Source: Acidobacteriota bacterium
GTDB lineage: Bacteria; Acidobacteriota; Aminicenantia; UBA2199
Reading direction: 5' to 3'
Assembly (NCBI GenBank): GCA_022711715.1
Contig: JAKLEC010000004.1
Location: 1 to 57,951 of the forward strand
DNA: 57,951 nucleotides
Part shown: one piece after another, positions 1 to 9,609 of the stretch
Layout of the letters: every line of letters starts with the position of its first letter
Position numbering within the stretch: position 1 is the first letter of the stretch
Translations under genes and position numbers: made by a program
The notes under the pieces: model-generated
What the model was told of the DNA's origin: nothing
The model's input: the letters and a program-made list of their open reading frames with translations, nothing else
Databases searched by the model: none

Positions 1-2696
1 CGCAGCAGCTGGGTGCGGTTGGCCACGCCGAGCTTGCGCAGGACGTGGTGCACGTGGATCTTGACCGTGCTCAGCTCGATGAACAGCTGCTCGCCGATCT
101 CCTTGTTTGACCGCCCCTTCAGCAGCAGCAGGGCGATCTCGCGCTCGCGCGGCGACAGGGTGCACTGTTCAAACAGCTGGTCCATGGCGTCGGCGGTGCG
201 GACCTTCGCCGCCCGCCGCCGCAGCCGCGTGCGGCTCCATTCGTAGGACAGGAACAGCGCGGCGGCGACGGCCAGGGAGAGGAACCACCCGGTCCGCCAC
301 CAGGGCGGGCGGACGCGGATGACCAGCCTGGCCTCGCGCTCGTTCCACAGGCCGTCGCGGTTGGAGCCGCGCACGCGGAAGACGTACTTTCCCGGCGGCA
401 GGCGCGAGAAGGAGGCCAGGCGGCGGCGGGCGTCGACCGGGATCCAGTCGTCGGTCAGCCCCTCCAGCATGAAGGCGTAGAGGTTCTTTTCCGGCGCCGC
501 GTAGTCCAGGGCGGAGAACTCGAACGAGAACAACTGGTCCTTCGGGCCGAGCTCGATCTCGGTCGCCTCCCAGACCGGGCGGGGCAGCCGAACCTCGCGG
601 TTCTGTACCCGGAATGAGGTGATGAGCACGGGGGGCACGTAGGGATCGTCGACGATGTCGAGGGGATCGAAGATGTTGAAGCCGTTGCTCCCGCCGGCGA
701 AGATCTTGCCGGTGCCGTCGAGGAGGCAGGAGCCGCTGATGAACGCCTTGCCCTGCAGACCGTCGCTGACGTCGTAGTTGCGGACCTGCCCCGTCCGCGG
801 GGTGAACCTCGTCAGTCCCTCGTTGGTCATCAGCCAGAGATCGCCAGCGCGGTCCTCGACGATGCCGGTGATCATGTCGCTGGCCAGGCCGTCGGCCCGG
901 GTGAAGCGGCGGAACGTTCCCGTTTCCCGGTCCATGCGGTTCAGGCCGCCGTTCAGGGTGCCGATCCACAATCCACCGTGCCGGTCCTCGTGCAGGCAGA
1001 AGACGTAATCGTTGCCCAGGCTGGCCGGGTCGGCGGGATCATGGCGAAAGCGGCGGAAGGCGCCCGTTTCGCGGTCCAGGCGGTTGAGCCCGCCGCCGTA
1101 GGTGCCGATCCAGAGCGAGCCCGAGCGGTCCTCCAGGATGGCGCGCACGATGTTGTCGCTGAGGCTGCGGGGATCCCCCTCGACGAACTGGAAGCGGGTG
1201 AACGGGCCGCCCTCGCGGTCCAGGCGGTTGAGCCCGCCGCCGTAAGTGCCGATCCAGAGCGAGCCGGCCATGTCGCGACATAGGCTGAGGACCCGGTCAT
1301 GGCTGATGCTGTGCGGGTCGTCGGCATCGTGGCGGAAGGGCGTGTTGCGCCCGCTCCGGCGGTCGAAGAGATGCAGCCCGTTGCCGTCGGTCCCCAGCCA
1401 TAGGCCTCCGGCGCCGTCGCCCAGCAGGCAGCGAACCGGGGCCCGGTACAGTCCGTCCTCATCGCCGCGGCCGTAACCGTGGTGGCTGAAGGAGTTCTCC
1501 CGCCGGTCCAGGCGGTCCAGGCCGCCGAGCGTGCCGATCCACAGGCCCCCGTCCGGGTCCTCCCAGAAGGAGTAGACGGTGTTGCTGCCCAGGCTGTCGG
1601 GGCGGCCGGGGATGGAGCGGCAATGGAGGAATTTCTTGCGCTTGGGATTGAAGCGGTCGACGCCGCGGTCGTCGGTGCCGATCCACAGGATGCCCGAGCG
1701 GTCCTCGCAGAGCGCGCTGACCTGGTCGGAGCCCAGGCTCAGGGCGTCGAGCGGATCGTGGCGCTGCAGGGCCACGGCCTCGCTTCGGGGGTCCAGGCAG
1801 GCCAGGCCCGCCTCCGTCCCCAGCCAGATGCGGCCGTCGCGGTCGGCGATGATGGCGTTGACGACATCGCGGCGGGGCGCTCCCGCGCGCTCCGGCTGGA
1901 TGGGAATGCGGCGGGACCTGCCCGTGCGCGGGTCGAAGCGGTTCAGCCCGTCCCGGGTGCAGACCCAGAGGACGCCCTGCCGGTCCGGCAGGACGCGGTA
2001 AAGGAAGTCGCTGCTCAGGCTGGACGGGTCTTTCGTGTCGTTGCGATAGCAGGTGAACTGGCCGCTGGCGGGCGCGAAGCGGACGAGGCCGCCGCCGAAG
2101 GTGGCGAGCCAGAGCGCGCCGTCGCGGTCCTCGACGATGTCATGGATGTGATTGCTGGCGCCGGGACGGTCGATGGCCAGCGGAAAGCGGGTGAAGCGCC
2201 CGCTGCGGCGGTCGAGGCGGTCCAGGCCGGCGTCGGTGCCCACCCAGAAGTTGCCGGCGCGGTCCTCGTAAATGGCGCCGACGATGTCGTTGCTGAGCGA
2301 ATCGGGCCGGTCCGCCGCATGGCGGTAGTGGTGGAAGCCGCCGCCCGATGGGTCGAGGCGGTCCAGGCCGCCGTTCAGGGTGCCGATCCAGAGGACCCCC
2401 TCCCGGTCCTCGTAGATCTTGAGGATGGCGCTGTGGCTCAGGCTGGTGGTGTCGCCTGGAACCGGCAGGAAGACGGAGAAATCATAGCCGTCGAAGCGGT
2501 TCAGGCCGTTCTCGGTGCCGAACCACATGAAGCCACGGCGGTCCTGAATGATGGTGTAGACGGTGTTCTGCGAAAGCCCCTCATCCCGGCCGATATGCGC
2601 GAAGCTCGCGTCCCCGCACTGCGGAAAAAGGCGCGGGAATACCAGGAGGATGAGCGCGATGAACCAGGATAGGGCATGGCCTTTCTTGCTGTCCAT
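1..2696 (-). CDS. Membrane-anchored sensor/regulator with a signal or TM segment, beta-propeller repeats (two-component-regulator propeller type), a Y_Y_Y-like domain, a TM helix and a C-terminal LuxR-type HTH. The 3' end runs off the window start, with roughly 9 codons missing.
   Basis: Absent from the ORF track because its stop codon lies off-window. Hand translation from the ATG at 2696 gives an uninterrupted frame: MDSKKGHALSWFIALILLV..GFMWFGTENGLNRFDGY.., many DRxGxLW[IV]GTxxGLxR[FL]D repeats, ..ALDYAAPEKNLYAFMLEG.., TM WFLSLAVAAALFLSYEW, then SPREREIALLLLKGRSNKEIGEQLFIELSTVKIHVHHVLRKLGVANRTQLL. Paralog of 2970..5813. Confidence 0.8.
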   Translation of the reverse strand, partial: MDSKKGHALSWFIALILLVFPRLFPQCGDASFAHIGRDEGLSQNTVYTIIQDRRGFMWFGTENGLNRFDGYDFSVFLPVPGDTTSLSHSAILKIYEDREGVLWIGTLNGGLDRLDPSGGGFHHYRHAADRPDSLSNDIVGAIYEDRAGNFWVGTDAGLDRLDRRSGRFTRFPLAIDRPGASNHIHDIVEDRDGALWLATFGGGLVRFAPASGQFTCYRNDTKDPSSLSSDFLYRVLPDRQGVLWVCTRDGLNRFDPRTGRSRRIPIQPERAGAPRRDVVNAIIADRDGRIWLGTEAGLACLDPRSEAVALQRHDPLDALSLGSDQVSALCEDRSGILWIGTDDRGVDRFNPKRKKFLHCRSIPGRPDSLGSNTVYSFWEDPDGGLWIGTLGGLDRLDRRENSFSHHGYGRGDEDGLYRAPVRCLLGDGAGGLWLGTDGNGLHLFDRRSGRNTPFRHDADDPHSISHDRVLSLCRDMAGSLWIGTYGGGLNRLDREGGPFTRFQFVEGDPRSLSDNIVRAILEDRSGSLWIGTYGGGLNRLDRETGAFRRFRHDPADPASLGNDYVFCLHEDRHGGLWIGTLNGGLNRMDRETGTFRRFTRADGLASDMITGIVEDRAGDLWLMTNEGLTRFTPRTGQVRNYDVSDGLQGKAFISGSCLLDGTGKIFAGGSNGFNIFDPLDIVDDPYVPPVLITSFRVQNREVRLPRPVWEATEIELGPKDQLFSFEFSALDYAAPEKNLYAFMLEGLTDDWIPVDARRRLASFSRLPPGKYVFRVRGSNRDGLWNEREARLVIRVRPPWWRTGWFLSLAVAAALFLSYEWSRTRLRRRAAKVRTADAMDQLFEQCTLSPREREIALLLLKGRSNKEIGEQLFIELSTVKIHVHHVLRKLGVANRTQLL

Positions 2697-2969
2697 GTTG
2701 CCGTGACCTCGGGCGGCGGACGATCCGGCCTGTGCCGCCGTCGCGGCCGCACCGGTGGATGAGTTCGTGGTACTTGCCGCCTTAGGTCGTCATGGATAAG
2801 ACGCTTCTGCCGGCGGAGTTGTTTCATTTTTTTTATATATATTCAGCGGAGTCGGCAGAAAGCGTGGGCGGATGCGAGCAAAAGTTCAATTATCTGAATC
2901 GGCGGCCGGGCGGCGGATCCCGCCGCCGACCGCTGCCGGCGGCGATCGCTCTCTCCGGCCCCCGGCGGG

Positions 2970-5813
2970 CTATTTCACCTGCAGGTTCTGCAGGAGGCGC
3001 AGCAGCTGGGTGCGGTTGCGCACGCCGAGCTTGCGCAGGACGTTGTGTACATGGATCTTGACCGTGCTCAGTTCGATGAACAGCTTCTCGCCGATTTCCT
3101 TGTTATTCAGCCCCTTGAGCAGCAGCCGGGCGATCTCGCGTTCGCGCGGGGAAACCGCACAGCGGTCGAAGAGCTGCTCCATGGCCTCTTCCGTCCGCAC
3201 CCGCCGCGCCCGGCGGTGGATGCGCGTGCGGTTCCATTCATATGCCGCCAGCCCCGAGGCGGCCGCCAGCAGCGACAGGAACCACCACGCCTTCCACCAG
3301 GGGCCGCGCACGCGGATGACCAGCCGGGCCTCCTGGTCGCTCCACACCCCGTCGCTGCTGGAGCCGCGCACGCGGAAGACGTAGCGGCCGGGCGACAGGG
3401 TGGAGAACGAGACGGAGCGGTGGCGGGCGTCGGCCGCGATCCAGCCGGAGGTCAGCCCCTCCAGCTTGTAGGCGTAGCGGTTTTTCATGGGCGCCGCGTA
3501 GTCCAGGGCGGCGAACTCGAGGGAAAACAGGTAGTCCTTGGGATGGAGGACGATTTCGCCGGTCTCCCAGATCGGCTTCTGCAGCTTGACCTCCCTGTTC
3601 AGCACCTTGAGCGAGGTGATGCGCACCGGCGGCACATAGGGGCTGTCGCGGATCTCCTCCGGGATAAAGGCGTTGAAGCCGTTCACGCCGCCGAAGAACA
3701 TCTCGCCGCTGGGGCTCAGCAGGTAAGCCCCGAAGTTGAACTCGTTGGCCTGCAGCCCGTCGTGGACGTCGAAATTCCTGAACGTCCCGGCCCGCGGGTC
3801 GAAACGCGACAGCCCCTCGAAGGTGCTGAGCCAAAGGCGGCCGGAGCGGTCCTCCAGCATGCCGTAGATCTCGTTGCAGGGCAGGCCGTCGCGCTTGGTG
3901 AAGCAGGTGAAGGCGCGGCGCGCGGGATCGAGGCGGTTCAGCCCTCCGCCCCAGGTGGCGATCCAGAGGTTTCCCTGCCTGTCCTCGTGAAGGCAGAAGA
4001 TGTAGTTGCTGCTCAGGCCCTTGCCTCCGCCTGCCTCGCTGGTGTAGCGGACGAATTTGCCGGTCTCGGGGACGAGACGGTTGAGCCCGCCGCCGTAGGT
4101 GCCGACCCAGAGGACGCCGGAGCGGTCCTCGAGTATGGCGCGCACCTCGTCGTTTCCCAGGCTGGCCGGGTCGCGCTCGTCGTGCCGGTAGCGGCTGAAT
4201 GTTCGACTGCCGGGGTGGAAGCGGTTCAGCCCCCCCTTCATCGTGCCGATCCACAGCGTGCCGCTGCGGTCCTCGCACAGCGCGCGGATCTGGTCGTCAC
4301 TCAGGCTGGCGGGATCCCTCGGGTCGTTGCGGAACGCGCGGAACGTCCCTTGCCGGCGGTCGAACAGGTTGAGCCCTCCGCTCTCGGTACCGACCCAGAA
4401 AGCGCCGCGGCTGTCGACGAGCAGGTTGCGGATGTGCGGTTGGCTGGGCCCGCGGTCGCTTCCCGCTTGGTGGCGGTAATGGCGGAAGACGCTCCTGTCC
4501 GCGGAGAGGTGCGCGAGTCCGTCCCACGTCCCGACCCACAGGGTGCCGTCGGGGTCCTCGTGGAATGAGAAAACCTCGGGATCGCCGAGGCTGTCTTCGT
4601 GGCAGGGGACCGGGTAGAAATGGCTGAAATTCTTCTGCTGGCCGTGGACCTTGCCGAGCCCGCTCCATGTCCCGATCCAGAGAATCCCGGAGCGGTCCTC
4701 ACAGAACGAAGTGACCTGGTCGGAGCACAGGCTGCCGCCGTCGCTCGGGTCGTGGCGAAAGCGGACGAAGCCGCCGTCCCGGGGATCGCGGCGCAGCAAC
4801 CCCTCCTCGGAGGCGATCCACAGCCGGCCGGCACGGTCCTCGCATAGGGCATTGGCCTGCAGGGTCGCGGGCGAGCCCTGCCGCCCGGCCAGGCGCTCGA
4901 ACCTGTTGCTGCGCCGGTCGAAGCGATCGAGGCCGGCCTGGGTCCCGATCCATAGGGCGCCGGCGCGGTCCTCGAGGAGGGCCAGGATGCGGTCGTGGCT
5001 GAGGCTCGCCCCTTCTCCGGGGCGGCTGTAAAAGCGGGTGAAGGCGCCGCCGCGCTCGAGCCGGTTCAGCCCCTGATCGGTGCCGATCCAGAGCGCACCC
5101 TCGCGGTCCAGGCACAGCGCATTGACCTGGTCGTGGCTGAGGCTCGCCTCGTCGTTGGGGCGGTGGCGGTAGGCGGTAAAGCGGCCGGCAGCCCGGTCGA
5201 AGCGGTTCAGCCCGTGATTGGTGCCCACCCACAGCGAGCCGTCGCCATTTTCGACGATCGCCTGGACGATGCTGCCGCTGAGCCCGCCGGGAGGGACGGG
5301 AAATTTCCAGTAGGCGTGGAAAACGCCGGCGGCCGGGTCGAATCGGCTCAGTCCGCCGTTGTGGGTGCCGATCCAGAGGGTGCCGTCCCTGCTCTCCATG
5401 AGCTTCACGACGTGGTTCTGGTTCAGGCTGGATGGGTCGCCCGGGACGTGGCGGAATTCGCTGAAGGTGTAGCCGTCGTATCGGTAGAGGCCGTTCTCGG
5501 TGGCGAACCACAGGAATCCCTGGCGGTCCTGCAGAATGTCGAACACGACGCTGGGAGTGAGCCCGGCGGCGGCCGGGACTTTTTCAAAGCGGGGACTGCC
5601 CCGGGCCGCGGCCAAGCCGGGGCGGAAAAAGATGAGCAGCGCCGCAAGCAAGAGCAGGGAATCTGTCCGGTTTTTCACCCTGCGCCCAGCGGCGTGGAGG
5701 GCGATTCGCTTGGGATGGCTCATGAACATCCATGGTCCTGCCAGTCGCTCGCTGATTTCAGGCCTGTTGGGTTCATCTGCTGCGGAGCGATACTGGATAG
5801 ATGTCCGGGCCAT
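2970..5813 (-). CDS. Membrane-anchored propeller/Y_Y_Y/LuxR-HTH regulator, paralog of the upstream partial gene
   Basis: 947-aa ORF with repeated DRxGxLW[IV]GT..GLxRFD propeller motifs, Y_Y_Y-like LEFAALDYAAPMKNRYAYKLEG, TM WWFLSLLAAASGLAAYEW, and a C-terminal LuxR HTH REREIARLLLKGLNNKEIGEKLFIELSTVKIHVHNVLRKLGVRNRTQLL. Alternative starts at 5729 and 5723 (MFMSHPK). No histidine kinase or receiver domain is seen. Confidence 0.85.
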   Translation of the reverse strand: MARTSIQYRSAADEPNRPEISERLAGPWMFMSHPKRIALHAAGRRVKNRTDSLLLLAALLIFFRPGLAAARGSPRFEKVPAAAGLTPSVVFDILQDRQGFLWFATENGLYRYDGYTFSEFRHVPGDPSSLNQNHVVKLMESRDGTLWIGTHNGGLSRFDPAAGVFHAYWKFPVPPGGLSGSIVQAIVENGDGSLWVGTNHGLNRFDRAAGRFTAYRHRPNDEASLSHDQVNALCLDREGALWIGTDQGLNRLERGGAFTRFYSRPGEGASLSHDRILALLEDRAGALWIGTQAGLDRFDRRSNRFERLAGRQGSPATLQANALCEDRAGRLWIASEEGLLRRDPRDGGFVRFRHDPSDGGSLCSDQVTSFCEDRSGILWIGTWSGLGKVHGQQKNFSHFYPVPCHEDSLGDPEVFSFHEDPDGTLWVGTWDGLAHLSADRSVFRHYRHQAGSDRGPSQPHIRNLLVDSRGAFWVGTESGGLNLFDRRQGTFRAFRNDPRDPASLSDDQIRALCEDRSGTLWIGTMKGGLNRFHPGSRTFSRYRHDERDPASLGNDEVRAILEDRSGVLWVGTYGGGLNRLVPETGKFVRYTSEAGGGKGLSSNYIFCLHEDRQGNLWIATWGGGLNRLDPARRAFTCFTKRDGLPCNEIYGMLEDRSGRLWLSTFEGLSRFDPRAGTFRNFDVHDGLQANEFNFGAYLLSPSGEMFFGGVNGFNAFIPEEIRDSPYVPPVRITSLKVLNREVKLQKPIWETGEIVLHPKDYLFSLEFAALDYAAPMKNRYAYKLEGLTSGWIAADARHRSVSFSTLSPGRYVFRVRGSSSDGVWSDQEARLVIRVRGPWWKAWWFLSLLAAASGLAAYEWNRTRIHRRARRVRTEEAMEQLFDRCAVSPREREIARLLLKGLNNKEIGEKLFIELSTVKIHVHNVLRKLGVRNRTQLLRLLQNLQVK

Positions 5814-5852
5814 GGGATCGGTTCCATTTGCCCCCCCAAAAAAGCAGGGGAA

Positions 5853-5881
5853 ATAATACGATCGCCGCGAAAAAAAATCAA
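5853..5881 (-). promoter_or_regulatory. Sigma70-like promoter for the 2970..5813 gene (TTGATT-17-TATTAT read on the minus strand)
   Basis: The reverse complement reads ttgatt + 17 nt + tattat, about 40 nt upstream of the ATG at 5813. Confidence 0.5.
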
Positions 5882-5912
5882 CTTTTCAGCGATATGCGCC
5901 GTCCGCGGTTTC

Positions 5913-5921
5913 TGGTATAAT
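5913..5921 (+). promoter_or_regulatory. Extended -10 promoter element (TGgTATAAT) upstream of eno
   Basis: tggtataat at 5913..5921, about 30 nt upstream of the eno ATG. GGAGA RBS at 5941..5945. Confidence 0.45.
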
Positions 5922-5923
5922 AG

Positions 5924-7234
<1,311 letters not shown>

Positions 7235-7253
7235 CTTGGGGGACCGTCCTTCC

Positions 7254-7364
7254 AAAGGTAAAAGGAAAAAGTAAAAAGGTAAAAGTGAAGCGGGCAATTT
7301 CCGAACCGGTTGCATGAGCGATTTTTTTGCTTACTTTTCCCTTTTTCCTTTTACCTTTTTCCTT
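7254..7364. repeat. Purine-rich module (AAAAGGT-type tract, 7254..7291) and its pyrimidine-rich inverted copy (7329..7364), forming a long imperfect hairpin just 3' of eno
   Basis: aaaggtaaaaggaaaaagtaaaaaggtaaaagtgaagc, about 37 nt of loop, then gcttacttttccctttttccttttacctttttcctt. Hand pairing gives a bulged stem of about 30 bp. Confidence 0.8.
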
Positions 7365-7378
7365 ATTAGTATTTGCCG

Positions 7379-8596
7379 ATGAATACGCCAGACAATCCCG
7401 TCGGCCGCAATCTGTGGAAGATCGTGGCCCTGAAGTTCCTCGGCGATTTCCTGCCCATCGCGCCGGTCCTGATCCTCTTTTATACGGCCAACGGACTGAA
7501 TTCCACGCAGATCTTCACCATCCAGGCCGTGTTCCACCTGGCGGTGCTGCTGCTGGAGGTCCCCTCCGGCTACCTGGCCGACGTGATCGGCCGCAAGCGC
7601 ACCCTGGTATTCGGCGCGATCTTCTTCCCGCTGGGGCTCGCCCTCTACACCAGCGGCCGGAGTTTCGCCGCCTTCATCGCCGCCGAGACGCTGCTGGCCG
7701 TCAGCGTCAGCATGCGCTCGGGCTGCGACTCGGCGCTGCTTTTCGACAGCCTGCGCCAGCTCGGCCGCGAGGGGGAGTACAAGCGCTTCGAGGGGCGCTG
7801 CGCCCTGTTCGCCCGCACCGGCACGGCGGTCTCCTCGGTGGCCGGCGGCCTGCTGGCCGCGGTCTTCCTGCGCCTGCCCTTCCTGGTCAACACGGCCGCC
7901 GCGCTGCTCATGCCGGCGCTCTCCCTGGGCCTGAGCGAGCCCGAGCGCGAAAAGCGGCCCGGCAAGAACCCGCTGCGCGACATCCTGCGCATCTGCCGCG
8001 ACTGCCTGCTGCGGGCCTCCATCCGGCCGCTGATCCTTTCCTGCGGGCTGCTCATGGCCAGCAACCTGACCGCCCTCTGGGCGTACTTCCTCCTCTACCA
8101 GGAGCTCGGCATCGGCGTCGGCTGGTTCGGCGTCCTATTCGCCGTCTTCCAGCTGGCCGGCGCCCTGGGCGGGGCGGTCGCCCATCCCTTCAGCGAGCGA
8201 TTCGGGCATCGGCCGCCGCTGTTCCTGGCCCTGCTCAGCCCCTTGTTCTATGTCCTGATCGGCCTGTTCCCCAGCGCCCGGCTGCTGCCGCTGGTTATGG
8301 CCAACGCCTTCCTCTGGAACCTGGCCTACCCGGTCCTTTTGGAGCGGCTGAACCGCCAGGTCGGCTCCGACGTGCGCGCTACCGTCCTCTCGCTGGCGGG
8401 CATGGCGGGCAGCGTGACCTTCATCGTGGTTGCGCCCCTGTTCGGCCGCCTGGTCGACGCCGTCTCCCTGTCCGCCGCTTTCGTCGCCCTGGGGGCGTTT
8501 TTCCTCCTGGCTGGCGGCTGGCTGCTGGCGGCCATGCTCCGGAACTGGCCAGAAGCCGAGGCAAGGCAAAAGGCAAAAGGCGAAAGGCAAAAGTGA
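7379..8596 (+). CDS. MFS transporter
   Basis: Multi-TM protein with an MFS-like loop motif GYLADVIGRKRT. The ORF track starts at TTG 7373 and the first ATG is 7379. The last ~13 codons and the stop lie inside an AAAGGC repeat tract. Confidence 0.8.
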   Translation: MNTPDNPVGRNLWKIVALKFLGDFLPIAPVLILFYTANGLNSTQIFTIQAVFHLAVLLLEVPSGYLADVIGRKRTLVFGAIFFPLGLALYTSGRSFAAFIAAETLLAVSVSMRSGCDSALLFDSLRQLGREGEYKRFEGRCALFARTGTAVSSVAGGLLAAVFLRLPFLVNTAAALLMPALSLGLSEPEREKRPGKNPLRDILRICRDCLLRASIRPLILSCGLLMASNLTALWAYFLLYQELGIGVGWFGVLFAVFQLAGALGGAVAHPFSERFGHRPPLFLALLSPLFYVLIGLFPSARLLPLVMANAFLWNLAYPVLLERLNRQVGSDVRATVLSLAGMAGSVTFIVVAPLFGRLVDAVSLSAAFVALGAFFLLAGGWLLAAMLRNWPEAEARQKAKGERQK

Positions 8597-8681
8597 AAAC
8601 CGTTGCCTGGCGATGTTTTTCTGATTTTAGAAGTTCGTTGAATGCTGTTGCTATCACTGACACAAACACGAACACTAACAC
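8558..8681. repeat. Repeat modules at the MFS 3' end: an AAAGGC/AAAAGG tract (8558..8600) plus a WAACAC hexamer tract (8651..8681, reverse form of the GTGTTW module)
   Basis: gaggcaaggcaaaaggcaaaaggcgaaaggcaaaagtgaaaac, then ..gctgttg ctatcactgacacaaacacgaacactaacac. Confidence 0.8.
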
Positions 8682-8745
8682 GGAGAGATCGTTCTTCTCT
8701 CTCCTCGGGTGCTTGGAATTTTGAGTTTGATTCAAGGGGGAATCG

Positions 8746-9459
8746 ATGAAAAATCTGACCTATTCTATAGCCCCTGATGTCTTCGCGGCGTTTCCCGGTT
8801 ACCGCCGCGGCGTGGTGGTCGCCCGCGGGGTGCGCAACGGCGATTCGCCGCCCGAGCTGGCCGCTATGCTGCGGAGCGAGGAGGCCCGGGCGCGGCAGCG
8901 GCTGAGCCTGGAGACGCTGACCGCCGAGCCGCAGCTGGCTTCGTGGCGCGAGGCCTTCCGCCGGCTGGGCTACAAGCCCGGCGAATTCCGGCCTTCGATC
9001 GAGGCGCTGCTGCGCCGGGTGCTGAAGGGGCAGGAGCTGCCCGCGATAAACGGTCTGGCCGACATCGGCAACATCGTCTCGCTGCGCCGCCTGCTCCCGG
9101 TGGGGGGCCACGCCGTCGACGTGCTGGCCCGGGACATCGCCCTGCGGCCGGCGAGCGGGGCGGAGGAGTTCGTCCCCTTCGGCACGGAGGAAGTCGAACG
9201 CCCGTCGGCGGGGGAGTTCATCTTCGCCGAGGGGAACAGGGTCCTGACCCGGCGCTGGATCTGGCGCCAGGCGAACCATACCCTGCTGCTGCCCGGAACG
9301 ACCGCCGTCGAGATCAACCTCGACGCCCTGCCGCCGGTCACCGACGAGGAGCTGCAGGAGGCGGCGCGCGATGCGATGGAGCTGGTCGGCCGCTTTTGCG
9401 GCGGCTCCTGCCGCTTCACTGTCTTGTGCCGGGACAATCCGGCCATGAGCCTGGATTGA
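8746..9459 (+). CDS. B3/B4 tRNA-binding domain protein (PheT B3/4-like, stand-alone)
   Basis: 237 aa with an N-terminus typical of stand-alone B3/4 proteins: ..IAPDVFAAFPGYRRGVVVARGVRNG.. and ..FRPSIEALLRRVLKGQELPAINGLADIGN... RBS aaggggg precedes the ATG. Confidence 0.7.
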   Translation: MKNLTYSIAPDVFAAFPGYRRGVVVARGVRNGDSPPELAAMLRSEEARARQRLSLETLTAEPQLASWREAFRRLGYKPGEFRPSIEALLRRVLKGQELPAINGLADIGNIVSLRRLLPVGGHAVDVLARDIALRPASGAEEFVPFGTEEVERPSAGEFIFAEGNRVLTRRWIWRQANHTLLLPGTTAVEINLDALPPVTDEELQEAARDAMELVGRFCGGSCRFTVLCRDNPAMSLD

Positions 9460-9539
9460 CCTGACGGCCAGTCCATTGATGCCGAAAACCGGCCAAAACC
9501 ATATCCACTTCGCGGACGTATGTACACTTTGGAAAACAA

Positions 9540-9557
9540 AATTCAAAAAATTGAATT
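9540..9557. promoter_or_regulatory. AT-rich palindrome AATTCAA-N4-TTGAATT upstream of the M16 peptidase pair (candidate operator)
   Basis: Perfect 7-bp inverted repeat with a 4-nt spacer in an otherwise GC-rich genome, about 50 nt upstream of the ATG at 9610. Confidence 0.3.
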
Positions 9558-9609
9558 AGCATCGGGAGTCAAGGAGCGCATCGTCAATTTCTTACATAAG
9601 GAGAGGCAC

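Noticed and set aside
169-2672. Fragmented ORFs on both strands in the first 2.7 kb, which could suggest a pseudogene or non-coding region
   Set aside because: Hand translation shows a single intact minus-strand frame from 2696 to the window edge, paralogous to 2970..5813. It is missing from the track only because its stop codon is off-window.
7327-8724. 465-aa alternative-frame ORF overlapping the MFS gene on the same strand
   Set aside because: Its translation is Arg/Pro/Gly/Ala-rich without TM segments or motifs. The 7379..8596 frame gives a coherent multi-TM MFS protein.
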